Shown in pieces: positions 25,513 to 38,388 of a DNA stretch of 64,000 bases (the stretch's first letter is position 1; the number at the start of each line of letters is the position of its first letter). The translations under genes were made by a program, and so were the position numbers. The notes beneath the pieces were generated by a model. It worked only from the letters and a program-made list of their open reading frames with translations, searched no databases and had not been told where the DNA came from. This DNA is from Chara braunii (Eukaryota > Plantae > Charophyceae), in the NCBI GenBank assembly GCA_003427395.1, contig BFEA01000016.1, forward strand, positions 4,723,242 through 4,787,241, written 5' to 3'.

Positions 25513-27281
25513 AAAAAATCGCGGAAGTTCGAGTACTTTTTCTGTTGGCCAACACGTGATAGAGCAGCAAAAAACACCAAAAATGAAATATAGGACGAAT
25601 TTGGCACGCCATTTATTTTGCGATTTAAAAAAAATATATTAAATATTTTAAATATTTTTCGTGGAAATATCACGACCAAATCTACAAACCCTTCAATTTT
25701 AAGAGTTGTGGAGTCATCCTTTTGATCGCAAAAAATTGCGAAAGTTGTGTTTTTTTTCTCGTTCGCCAACACGTGCCAGGATGACAAAAATAGAAAATGT
25801 AACGAAACGGCGCGACATTTATTTCAGAGTCTATTTTTTTTGTTTTTTTTTATACATTTTTTCTGCAAAGATGACAACCTAATCTGCAGGAACTCAAATT
25901 TTCTGATTTTTTCTTCGATTCGTCTGAGCGCGAAAAATCGTCAGAGTTGGCGCTTGAAAATTGTGGGACTGGACCCGCCTGACACACTGTGCAACGTTAG
26001 GGTTTGGACACAAGGCACATCCTGACCTGCCAGCTGCCTGACATCGGATACACTTCCTAAAGAAGCAGTCCCCAAAAACACACAGGGACCCAATCGACCT
26101 GAGTGCTTATCAGATCAGGCAGTTGTGTATCTCAAATCTGTGGGTGGGTTCAAACCCGACGACAGCCATTGGCAGCGAACTTCATAATCTTAATATTTGT
26201 GTGTGTGTGTGGGTGGGTGGTGTGTGTGTGCGGGCAGGTGGGTGGGTGGGTGGGTGGTGGAGGGGTGCAGGCGGGGGGGGGGGGGGCAGGTNNNNNNNNN
26301 NNNNNNNNNNNNNNNNNNNNNNNNNNNNNNNNNNNNNNNNNNNNNNNNNNNNNNNNNNNNNNNNNNNNNNNNNNNNNNNNNNNNNNNNNNNNNNNNNNNN
26401 NNNNNNNNNNNNNNNNNNNNNNNNNNNNNNNNNNNNNNNNNNNNNNNNNNNNNNNNNNNNNNNNNNNNNNNNNNNNNNNNNNNNNNNNNNNNNNNNNNNN
26501 NNNNNNNNNNNNNNNNNNNNNNNNNNNNNNNNNNNNNNNNNNNNNNNNNNNNNNNNNNNNNNNNNNNNNNNNNNNNNNNNNNNNNNNNNNNNNNNNNNNN
26601 NNNNNNNNNNNNNNNNNNNNNNNNNNNNNNNNNNNNNNNNNNNNNNNNNNNNNNNNNNNNNNNNNNNNNNNNNNNNNNNNNNNNNNNNNNNNNNNNNNNN
26701 NNNNNNNNNNNNNNNNNNNNNNNNNNNNNNNNNNNNNNNNNNNNNNNNNNNNNNNNNNNNNNNNNNNNNNNNNNNNNNNNNNNNNNNNNNNNNNNNNNNN
26801 NNNNNNNNNNNNNNNNNNNNNNNNNNNNNNNNNNNNNNNNNNNNNNNNNNNNNNNNNNNNNNNNNNNNNNNNNNNNNNNNNNNNNNNNNNNNNNNNNNNN
26901 NNNNNNNNNNNNNNNNNNNNNNNNNNNNNNNNNNNNNNNNNNNNNNNNNNNNNNNNNNNNNNNNNNNNNNNNNNNNNNNNNNNNNNNNNNNNNNNNNNNN
27001 NNNNNNNNNNNNNNNNNNNNNNNNNNNNNNNNNNNNNNNNNNNNNNNNNNNNNNNNNNNNNNNNNNNNNNNNNNNNNNNNNNNNNNNNNNNNNNNNNNNN
27101 NNNNNNNNNNNNNNNNNNNNNNNNNNNNNNNNNNNNNNNNNNNNNNNNNNNNNNNNNNNNNNNNNNNNNNNNNNNNNNNNNNNNNNNNNNNNNNNNNNNN
27201 NNNNNNNNNNNNNNNNNNNNNNNNNNNNNNNNNNNNNNNNNNNNNNNNNNNNNNNNNNNNNNNNNNNNNNNNNNNNNNNNN

Positions 27282-30200
27282 GTATGCGCCCCCCCCCCCC
27301 CCAGCCATGTTCCGAAAAAAGAAAGATTTTTGCTTCAAGTTCGCAAATATCCATGAGCAGAAAAGATTTCACAGCCTGTAAGTAATCCGTGGTATCGGCC
27401 TACCATCCCGACCATGTCCTTCAAACAAGGGGTTCTGGCCCAGACCAAACACGGGCCTCTGGGACTGCCCCAACCAAGGGATTCTGGCAATGCCTCACAC
27501 AAACAAGGGCTTCTGGCACGGCCTCACACAAACAAGGGATGCTGCCAATGCCTCACACACACAATGGGGATTCTGGCAAAAGACGGAACAAGGGGGATGC
27601 TGGCAATGCCCAAATCCAAGGGGTCTGTCATGACGACTCTTGAATAAGTAAATTCTACCCAGAGCCTTTTTTACATTGTTTTCTTCCTTTTTTTTTTTTT
27701 TTTTTTTTTCCAATAAAGTCCAGGGTGTTGTAGAGGCCAGTTACTAGGCTCACATTGATCGCAGGAAGCTGTCAGCCATGGTTGGCCTGAGATGAGGCTA
27801 CCTCCCATCCCATCCTCGCGTCAATACTCCTAGCGCACCCCCTATTCCTACTATCCTACCTCAGTGTGACCAGCACTCAGGACCATTACCCTACCATCGA
27901 GGGGAACTTGGACCGAACAGTAGTGACAGGCACCACGGCTAGTGACCCAGCCCTGGTGGAAGCACAGTCGAACGAGCCTCGATGGACGGGAACTTCGGAC
28001 GCCAGGCTCAAACAATCACCTATTAGCCCCTAAGTAGACCGACTAGTAACTCACGCCCTCTCTTATCATCGAGACACCTATTATTAGTTATTAGTGACCT
28101 CCTCCCAGCCCTATGGTTATGTATGTGTGTGTGTTCGGTATTGTAGGCATGTGCCTGTAGGCTATGTGTGTATGTTTGTCATGTGCGTGGACCCGTAGCA
28201 GACGCTGCCCCCCACCATGGAACATCTACCAGTGCCTGTGTGAGCCATGTGTAGGTAGTATGTATAGGACCCTAGAAGGGCAATCTTAGAAGATCTGGAA
28301 GCGATAGCCCCGGTAATTGGCTACATCAATGACTTGCCCCAGTTTCTCTCAAGGAGGGACGACAACCTCCTGGTGGCAGTCCGTTGGGACCACTCACAAC
28401 GCTTCCCAATCCACGGAGAATGGAGATACTCAAGGGAAGGAAAACTGGTTGCAGTACCAGTGAGCCACTCCCAAGACCCCTGGTGCTACGCATGCAAGGA
28501 AAAGGGTCACCTTTGCTCAGATGATTCTTGCCCACAGTCCCGCAAACGACAGATCAAAGGGATTGTCACCCCTCACCCAAACCAGTCGAAAACCTGGATC
28601 CCGGAAGACCCCAAGCTCACGGACTGGATTTTCAGGGAAGGACAACACGGACCACCCGGGATCTGGGAATGGCAGGGTACTAAGATACCTGAGATATATC
28701 CGGATGGGGTTCAGTTATACAAGTCCAAAATCCAGCTGAAAAAGAATCCCCAAGCGCAGGGTCAGCCCGAACCGGCAGACAGACAACCGCTCCTCCCAGC
28801 TGCTCAAGGAACGAAGACAAGGTCTCCCAAAGTACACCCTGCCAGGTCAGCGAAATACGTCATGAAACAGGATCACTGAAGCTCTGCACCCCCCCTTCCA
28901 GGTCAGGTGCCGACTCAGGGGTCCCCACCCCAGGCCGAACCCGACAACACTGAAGGTGAGAACGATATCCCACTGCAACACAACAGGAGGAGGCCAACCT
29001 GTCCGCAGGGAACCCCGTTTCGTAACTTGGCCTCAAACTCTTTAGTAGTAGGGCTGCCGGCCAACAATATAGCCACAGTCGCTGTGCCTCCACCCCCTAC
29101 TATAGTAGAGCTACACCACGAACTCTACTCAAACCAGCAGAACATGCAGCCCCGTCCGCTCCCATCACCGGTAGTTGAGGAAACAGCAAATGCAAACCTG
29201 CTCCTAGCAGGGCCTCAGGAGGTCGATCCAGCTCAGCAACCCCCTACACAACCGCTCTCGCCCATCATCACAGAAATCACATCACATCCGCACCAGCAGC
29301 AGCAGCCCCCTGCTCACCCGCAGTTTTCTCACCAACCACCACCACAATCTCCTCAGACAACTGAGGGTCAACTGAGCCCCGGAGTCCTCATTGTAGGTCT
29401 GCCGGCTGTCAACAGAATCCCTCAGGCGTCCACACAGCCCATCCCACCGCGGCCGACAAAAATCAATCACCAGGTTACAATCCAACCCCATCACAGTCAG
29501 TCCAGCGGACTGTCTACATAGATTCACAGAATATACACACAAAAAACAGGTTGGGGAGCTAGTCACTGGTGGGGTCTAGCTCTTACAGTAGGTTCAGGTA
29601 GGTTGGATAGGGTGCCATTGGGTGCAGTTCCTACTGACATTCGGATAGAACTGTCTGGTGGCTATATATAGGGCCTGTAGTTCATTGGCGTCGAAGTTCC
29701 CGTTCGACAAGGTTCGTCCGATTCCTCTTCCACCAGGGCTGGGTAACCTATCAGCCCTGGTGCCTATCACTGCTGTTCGGTCCAAGTTGCCTGCCCGTTG
29801 GTGGGCCAATGGCCCTGTGTGTGAGGTAGGATGGGGGTACGCTAGGAGGATTGACATGAGGATGGGTTGGGAGGTGGTCTCATATTCCAGGACCCCCCGG
29901 CCTCACAGATCCAGGTGATCACTGTGCACTCACTGACTGGCCTCTACAACACCCTGGATTTAAGGGGACAAAAAAAAAAAAAAAGGTACCAGGGCTAAGC
30001 AGAGTATAGGTCCGAAATAAGCGGTTCTGGCAATTCCCCAAAGAAGGGGCTCTCACAAAGACAAAACAAGGGGCTCCGGAGTTCTGGCATAGACAAAACC
30101 AGAGGAGGAGAGGAAAGAGGAGAACAACGACACCGCTAAGAGGCAACCCCCGTCACAGTTCCTCGGATGACAACGGACCCATCACATTACGGCAACACCA

Positions 30201-30687
30201 TGTTCATGGCATCAGACGTGCAATGTTGCTTGGAGAGAAAGGAAAAAAAAACGTGGCCCTTGGTTTTGTGTTCCCCCCACGCCTTCAGCATTTGGCCAGC
30301 GTTCACTAGAAGACAGTACACTTGGAGGTAATTGGGAGGGGGAGGGCCTCATCTAGGGGGTTGTAAGACGGTTTGGACGATTTTTTTTGGGGGGGGGGTC
30401 AGAGGGAGTGTGGAAGGGGGTTCTAAGTCGCTCTGGACCCCCACGTGGGAAGACGACGTTGTAGGATGCTTGACCTGCAAACAGGTGAGGAGGAGGAGGA
30501 GAGGAGTGAGAGGATAGGGAAGGCAGTAGAACGTCACAGAAAACCACAGGACGAGTGACGTGAGAGGGTACCAAGGGCGCTTGCACGATGCCTTGGCAAT
30601 TATCAAGCATAGTTTGCACAGAGCCAGGAGGGGAGGAGCAGTGTCTTCATGGTGGGGTTTGGATTTGAGAGGGGGGAAGAGGGGGGG
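27282..30687 (+). repeat. Copy 2 of the 3.4-kb duplicated block
   Basis: Apparently identical to 12755-16160; diverges at a poly-G run. Confidence 0.95.
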
Positions 30688-30740
30688 GGGGGGGGTGTTA
30701 AACTTAAAACTGCATTTCGTCAAAATGGACATTGTTTATT

Positions 30741-31014
30741 TTTTGAACAAAATTGGAACCGAGTTTTTTGGCCAAAAACTCGTCCAAATTTGCTGCTCCT
30801 GCGGGTCCGGCGTTCTTAAAACACTGGACCCCCTGGATGTATGTGGACTTAGCAGGAGACCAGATACATCCAGGCGGTACCCCCTGGATGTATCTGGTCT
30901 CAAGCCTAATACACATACATCCAGGGGGTCCAGCGTTAAGAATGCTGGACCCTCAGGAGCAGGAAATTTGGACGAGTTTTCAGCCAAAAAACTTGGTTTC
31001 AATTTTGTTCAAAA
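30741..31014. repeat. 274-bp imperfect palindrome (foldback/MITE-like)
   Basis: TTTTGAACAAAATTGGAACCGAG... pairs with ...CTTGGTTTCAATTTTGTTCAAAA; centre GGTACC at 30876-30881. Confidence 0.9.
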
Positions 31015-31269
31015 CATCATCTATCCTATCCCCACCCGGTGCCAGAAAAGAAGAGACGATTCATCATAAAAGAACACCGAGTAGGGGTGGGGGGGAACAG
31101 TACCAAATCGTACCTTCAACCTCAAACCACACTTCACCATCAGCAACAAGCTACAAAATCCCCCCACTGCCCTGATGACGGTATCTTTGCCATGATGCTG
31201 AAAAGGAGCAAGGATTCAGAAGCACCACTCTCTGCCCCGGCAGCCCCGCTACCTCCATGGTTTTCATCG

Positions 31270-31790
31270 CCGCCGTCGTCGTGGCTGTTGTTATTCTTCT
31301 TGTTATTGTTGTTGTTGTTATTGCCGTTGTTGTTGTTGTTGTCCGTGTCATCCTTCTCACCCAGCTCACCCCTTTCCCCCAATCCCTGCTCACCGTCGTT
31401 TTTATTGTTACTGTTTGTGATGGAGAGAGGGAATATGCCGCTGATGACGCAGGTGAGTGGGGTTGGGGATGAGAGTGCAGATGGCAATGGAGAGGGCGAA
31501 TATGCCACTGATGACGCAGCTGAGTGGGAAGAGGAATGGGGGCTATTGGCAATAGTAGAAATGGCAGCGGCAGCGGCAGCGGCAACGGCAGCAGTAACAA
31601 CAACATCTTCAACAACAACATCTTCAACAACAACATCTTCAACAACAACAATAATGGAGGTGGAGCAGGGGTTGGAAGAAGAGAGGTAAGGAATGGGTGG
31701 GATTGGCGAGACGGGCGTGATGGTCTACAACAACAACGCCAATAACATCAACGATAACAATAACAATAGCAACTTCAACAACGGCGGCGA
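31270..31790 (+). repeat. (TTG)n/(AAC)n/(GCA)n low-complexity region with an internal ~66-bp duplication
   Basis: GAATATGCC.CTGATGACGCAG.TGAGTGGG twice; ACAACAACATCTTCA three times. Confidence 0.8.
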
Positions 31791-32389
31791 GCGGCGACCG
31801 GTTCTGAAGGTAGGACATAGCTACACACCACTGTATAGGGACGCTGGACCCGTCTTCCAGCTGACACACATCACATCACTGTTATACACATCACATCATG
31901 GTTAGGGTTCCGTCTGATAGATAAGATTGGGCTCGTAACCTCAGTGTTTGGTTTGGAGATACTGTAGATTAGACGGATAGGGTCTCCCATCATCTGACAT
32001 ATATTGCTTGATGTGCACACATAGGTAGTTGGAGATATCAACACATCTCTGCATTGGGACGCTGGACCCGAGTTCCAGCAGATAAATGCACATAGTTGTA
32101 CAGGGACACTGGACCCGCTTTCCAGCAGATACATTCACATCATTGTACTGGAAGAAAAAAAAAAAAAAAAAAAAAAAAACATAAAAAATGTCCATTTTGA
32201 TGAAATGGCAGTTTGACTGGGGAGGGAAGAATTAGCGTGTAACAGCAGGTATCTAGCGCCGGTTTCAGGGTGAAGAGATTCTTTCCCCGCTTTCTAATAT
32301 CCTGCTCAGTTACTCCCCTGGATCCCGGGGTAATCAATGCTGGCTGGAATCCCCCACAATCGTTTTCTGATATGCTCCATATTCAGTCT

Positions 32390-32524
32390 GTATATGGGAC
32401 GCTGGACCCGTTTTCCAGCAGGTGATCCTCCCCACCAATAGATGGAGCCGCTCCCCAGGTGCTAGTGGTGTCTGCTCTTATCAGCACCACTAACACTGGT
32501 GGGGTGTTTGCTTAAAAAAAAAAA
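32390..32524 (+). mobile_element. Isolated LINE 3' end (5'-truncated copy or SINE tail) with poly(A)
   Basis: Matches the 3' UTR of the LINE at 60930-61075 (CCCCACCAATAGATGGAG; GTGTCTGCTCTTATCAGCACC). Confidence 0.75.
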
Positions 32525-33369
32525 GATGGTTTCCATGCAAGGGGATTCAGGATGGGGCCTGTCAAAGGGGGGCTGCAAGACACTTTGCACACGAAAAGAG
32601 GGTAGGTGTTGAGTGGGATTACAAGATACATTCCCTGGAAGCAAAAGAGGGGTTGGGGCGGGAGTGCCAGTGGAAGTGATGGTAGTAGTATCCAGGGGGG
32701 TTGCGAGGTGCAAGCTGGGGAGGACCCGGAATGTCGAGGCAAGTGGATGGGCAAGGATGCGAGGGTCAAAGGGCGCTATCAGTTCCCGTCTACACAGTCA
32801 GCAGAAAGGACAGGGAGTGCCNNNNNNNNNNNNNNNNNNNNNNNNNNNNNNNNNNNNNNNNNNNNNNNNNNNNNNNNNNNNNNNNNNNNNNNNNNNNNNN
32901 NNNNNNNNNNNNNNNNNNNNNNNNNNNNNNNNNNNNNNNNNNNNNNNNNNNNNNNNNNNNNNNNNNNNNNNNNNNNNNNNNNNNNNNNNNNNNNNNNNNN
33001 NNNNNNNNNNNNNNNNNNNNNNNNNNNNNNNNNNNNNNNNNNNNNNNNNNNNNNNNNNNNNNNNGTGTGTGTGTGTGTGTGTGCATAACATTAATCGAAA
33101 CGACTATCGTCTTCACCCAAATAGAACGCCCGGTCATTATGGCTGTATATAGAGTGAAAGTTGCACCAAAAATGGCCTATAATGACCACCAGGCATTCTA
33201 TTTGGGTGATGCTGGGCCCATGCTGGGCCCAGTTCCCAGTATGTGTTGCTCCCCAAGGTCGTGGGTTCGACTTTGTCGGCCCACAACTTCCCCCGAGCAC
33301 AATTGGTTTGTGTAGGTTGCACCCCACGTACTTGTCCTGAGCCTGGCATAGCGCCTTTACAGACTAATG

Positions 33370-33442
33370 ACCTCAATAGCTCAGTGGGTAGAGCTCGTAT
33401 ATTGTAACTTGGACGTCCTGGGTTCAACTCCATACTACGCTC
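33370..33442 (+). other. Degenerate tRNA-like sequence, possibly Thr(UGU)-derived
   Basis: TAGCTCAGTGGGTAGAGC...TTGTAA...GGTTCAACTCC; acceptor and anticodon stems are broken. Confidence 0.5.
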
Positions 33443-36400
33443 ATTCGTCATGTCTATATATCCTGTTCATCATATCAGCTAGGGATGATCCTCTGGATGG
33501 ATTTGGGTGGGGACGTGTGCCTTTCCTGCGGGAAAGCTGATGTGGGATGGATGGTATGCTCTTTCGGGCCGGAGAGTGGTGACACCGTGGCAGTCCTTTG
33601 GTGGCAGGGGTGCCTTGTAGGGAAACCAATGCCGAATCAAGAGGTGTGTCCTACTCTCGATGGCTGTAGACCCATTCTGGGGGGGTGGGTTATCGGCTGT
33701 TGGTCGGGGATGGTTCGAGGTCTCCACCATTACCACTGGTCGATTCTCCCTAGCAAACAGACATAAGCAAGGCTCATTAGTAGCAGAAAGCAACCACATA
33801 CATCCATACAAAACTATGATATCACACTAGCTCACATAACAACCAGCATATTCAACAACCAACAGTAGCCATATATGAACCGCGCCGTGCTGGGTTGGTG
33901 CTTAGAGGTAGAGGGCTCATGGGTTAGACCTTGCTTAGCCGACCATTAGACACTGCCCTCCTATGGGTGCCCTCACTGCTCACGGGACTAGTTGAGAACT
34001 TCGCGCCTAGCTCCTGAGGTACCCGTATAAATATGGCTTGTACGCTAGTGCCTCAACTGGGGCTGAATGGGGAGCTCATTCAGTGTCAGTGCCCGCGTCC
34101 GCTGTCTGGTCAGGTTGCTCCAGTACGCATGAGGTAAGCTAGAAAAGGAGTGGGGGTGCGCCAGGAGATATATTGAGAGAGGTGGAAGGATGAGAAAAAA
34201 AAAATTAAAAAAAGGAAAAAAATAAAAAAGGGAAAAAAAAACCGAATAGATTGGAGAATTGCTATCACAAAAACAAAAGAAAGAAAGAAAGGTAAGGAAG
34301 AACAAACGAACCAAAAGAGGAGGGGCGCAGCGCTAAGCGCCTGAGCGCTATCGGCTGCGGCGTTGCGGGTACCTGTGGGAGCGCTACTTGTGGCAGTGGG
34401 AGCGTCACCGACAGAATCGAGAGTGCTCAGCGCAGTGTTGCACGTGCCGTGCAGGGCAGTGGGAGATTGTTCACGGGCGTGCTTCTGCTCGGCCAGCCAT
34501 AGCCTCTGCTCTGGTGCTGGTGTGTCCAGCTGCTTGAATGGGCGGGCCGCCAGCCCAGCAGCCCCTCTCCACATGACTTATCAAACCTTACCAAACTTCA
34601 AGAAACGTCATGAGCCACCTCCGGCATGATGTGCTGCCGAGGTTGCGGATTCAATTTTTGCCGTGCCTTTATTAGTGGAGACATTTGAGCTGGAAGTGCG
34701 AGTTACCACATGGAGGTCCGGGGCTTGCCGCATGTGTTCGAGGTGCTATCCGTAACAGCGTTGCCAGCAGGAGTGGGAGCACCACTGACAGCGGTGGGAG
34801 CGAGACTGGTGTCGCCAAGGGCACGCACGTTAGTCCCCAGCGGCAATTCCAAGGGTTATATGGAATTCGCGAAACGCTTCATATGGTTTGGTGCTGTAGA
34901 AGCGGTGCCCTATTTGGTTGAACTTCACCTACCTGCTCACAAAAGCGCCACCGCAGGTACTGAAGATCGAACTGCAGAAGGAACCTTTGCAGTGCATGGA
35001 GGAGCCCCGACCTTGACGCCTTCTGCAGTCCGTGGTTCCCCTGCATCTGGTCCGTTCGCTTGGGCCACATTCATTGATTGAGATACCGAACATGTATTCA
35101 GTTGGCCTTTGGGAGAGCTCAAATGACTGTCGATGATTTTGTTGTGGCTGTTCAGATCAATGGTACAGGGACCTGACTTTGTTCATACTGACTTAGCTAT
35201 AATCCGCCTTCTCCTCTGTGCCCGGTCATACCGTGGGTTAGTTTTTCATTCAGTCTCTAGCGTTTTCATCGAATCGGGGAGGTATTCCAAGTGTGTCATC
35301 ATTCCAACGGAACTAGTGGTTGGACCAGAATCTGGTCGCTACCGATGAGGAATTGTTAACTTATGGATGATAAGTCGCACTTCAGCAGGCGGTGGGATTG
35401 GCAGCTTCTTGGGCCACTCAACGGTGTTCCTTTCTGTCTACACCCTACCTCCTACTACTATGCTTTCGCTTACATCCTAGGCTAGGTCCTTCCCTCGCCT
35501 TATGGAACTACAACGATCTTACGAAACGTTATGCATCATAGATCATGGCTGAAATTGTAGGCCAGAATGGCTCGATTGAATCTGTAGACCAGAGTGGGCT
35601 TATGTTTGGACGTTACGAAATTACAGCTCTCTGTTTCTGGCCGCAAACAAAGACTAGATTCATCCCTCCTTCTACTAGCTTGGTTGATACCCTTGTCTAG
35701 CCGTCCAATTAGACTAGATTCATTTCTTCTCCACACCTTGTCTCCTGTGTTCCTTTAATTGTTTTCTTGGCCTGTGAATACCATCCACAATAAAATTCTG
35801 AATTTCAGATTCACAGCAGCTGGCACTTACCCGGGGGAAACTTCCCAGAGCAAGAGACTTCCGTCGCGTGTAAAGCACCAAGGGGCTCTATGTAGACATT
35901 CCGGTTACGGCCATGCAGTTCGCTGATATCGTCCATTTTCAGTCTCAAGATGGTGGCAAGTGGTTTATGGGTAGTAGTCAGACCTTTCGTGATTGATGCT
36001 TACCTGCTGCATTTTATGCCCGTTCCGAATGGAAGGCTACTTGTGGATGGTGTTGGATGGCAACCGACGTCCTTGCGGTGTTTCCGCACCTGACCTAATG
36101 TTGACGAAGACCATCTTCTCATCTTTTCAAGAGTAAAATCTGCTCCTATTATTGGCTTCGCGTGATCCTGCTACTGGCCAAGACCTCAGACTAGATTCAC
36201 TTTTACTATCACCGTCATTTGCCAAGCCACGCATGTAGATTAGATCTACCTTCTTCCTTACACCTTGTTTTCCGTGTTCTTAGGGGTTGAAGTTTCGGGA
36301 AAGACGTTCTACCACGGATATGGGTAGCGGCACTACGGAGGCAGTGGGAGTGCTACCGTCAGTGGTGGGAACGCTGATCGCCTGTAGTTAGCGTAAGTAG

Positions 36401-37714
36401 GGAAGGAAGCAAACTTGAACTGTATCCATGCTGATCTCGGTACATTGCATGCTGTTATTTTTGAAGATCTAAGGGTGCGTGATGGGAAACCCGTCTAGGC
36501 GGCTCAGAGATCTGTTTAGGTTAGATTAAGATTGAGTTTCTGCCTGAGAGGCTACATCGCATCTACGAGCGGCGGCGCTACGGAGGCAGTGGGNNNNNNN
36601 NNNNNNNNNNNNNNNNNNNNNNNNNNNNNNNNNNNNNNNNNNNNNNNNNNNNNNNNNNNNNNNNNNNNNNNNNNNNNNNNNNNNNNNNNNNNNNNNNNNN
36701 NNNNNNNNNNNNNNNNNNNNNNNNNNNNNNNNNNNNNNNNNNNNNNNNNNNNNNNNNNNNNNNNNNNNNNNNNNNNNNNNNNNNNNNNNNTCTACTCAGC
36801 ACTGAATTACTATCCTATCCCTAATTTCCTGTATCCATTCCAAACAACCAATCACAATTGAGCCCGTGCTGTGCACCAATCAGGCCTCTTCCCGGTCTCA
36901 CACCCCAATCTGGCTCGATTACAAGGCAGCGCTACCCACCCCAGCTCCGACCATCATCGGCCAGATTGTAGCCATTAGTCAAGTTTGCAGATTGCCTTCC
37001 TCTCTCGGCAATTCCAGAGCTCTATACAAAGCCTCAAGCTCCTACATAAGCAGGTTACAGGGCACTGCCCCAACGCCGGCTAGCGTCGTTCTGGCGCCAA
37101 CTCAAGCTGGCCATTGCACAAGAAGACTCAATTAGGAAATTAGCTAATCTAGAATGCCAACCAGAAATCAAGGATCTGATAATATCAGAATCCTGATCAG
37201 CAAAACTTTCTGATGATGAAATTTGACGAGTACCCTGAGATGATCACAAAGATGATGGATAATGATGACGACGCTGATGATTATTTCTCTCCACCCCTCC
37301 CCTTCTTCCACGTATTCTCCTCCTCTCCCATCATTTCCTCTTCTCCTCTCGCTGCCTTCGCTGAGCACAACCCCAGCCCCAACGAGAGAGAGAACCTCCC
37401 CATTCCCTTCTACCTTGAGGTAACCAGTTCCCCCAAAAGGTGTACCTCAAAACTAACACTCTGACCTAGTCTGCCTCCGCCAGGAGATAATGCNCCCCCA
37501 TACATATCTCCCAGCCCNAGCCCAGGTCAGCTCCCATCATCTGCGTCTACTCCCTGGAGGGCAATCACCTCCCACCTTGTGTTACCCTTGCGGAGTAGCG
37601 CTCCCTTCCTGACCAACATACCTACCAACTAGACCATATCCTATCTGGGAGATGAGAATATAACCACCAATGCAGAGATAACTACTGATTGGTGAAAAAA
37701 TGAATAAAGAAGCC

Positions 37715-37715
37715 G

Positions 37716-37747
<32 letters not shown>

Positions 37748-37781
37748 GTGATTGGTAGATGATGATGATGGTGATGATGAC

Positions 37782-37815
<34 letters not shown>

Positions 37816-37850
37816 CAGATTGGTAGATGATGATGATGATGATGATGATG
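37715..37850 (+). repeat. (GAT)n microsatellite
   Basis: Seen directly. Confidence 0.9.
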
Positions 37851-38388
37851 AGCTAAAATTGGCAAAAATAATTAAGGAACGTCGAACTTGCAATGCCCTA
37901 ATGGCAACTGTGTGGAAGATTGACAACTCACTATTGCTGTAATGAAAATAGAAGATGACGATGATTACGATTTTTACAGAGAAGTCCGGATGATAATCAT
38001 GAAGAAGATAAAAAGAAGATAAAATAACATGGATGACGAAATAGAGAAGCCGATGATGATTACCACCGGTAACCAAATGAGGATTACAGAAATGACGGTG
38101 TCCTTGATGAAACCCCCCCGCTGAAAAGACAGTGATGAAAATCTCGATGCTCTTGATGGATAACCTGCACAAGATAAAAAACAAACGAAAGCACATATAT
38201 AGGTTGATGACGACCTCCTAGCCGCTCTCTTGATGATTCTCTCCAAGTGGCACTGTGATGATTCTTCAAGTAGGACCAATGTTCTCCGCACTTTGGTTTC
38301 CACAGGGCTGACTCCACTTTCCTCCACCAACATCGACTTTTGGGGGTGTCGGCCTCGAGCTGTGGAGGTACGTCGGGCCTTGCCTTTT

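Noticed and set aside
23198-25593. YSTLL-repeat proteins; also SLSL, HTHT and YPILS ORFs elsewhere
   Set aside because: These are translations of microsatellites.
12755-30687. 3.4-kb direct repeats as LTRs of a giant element containing the YR/RT/MT region
   Set aside because: Both start at gap edges, appear identical, and one ends next to an adapter. An assembly artefact is more likely.
31170-31520. CTGATGA motifs as hammerhead ribozyme cores
   Set aside because: No GAAA core with compatible flanking helices was seen; they lie in low-complexity repeats.
33370-33442. Functional tRNA gene (also 4208-4280 and ~53700-53760)
   Set aside because: Pol III box-like motifs are present, but the stems do not pair.
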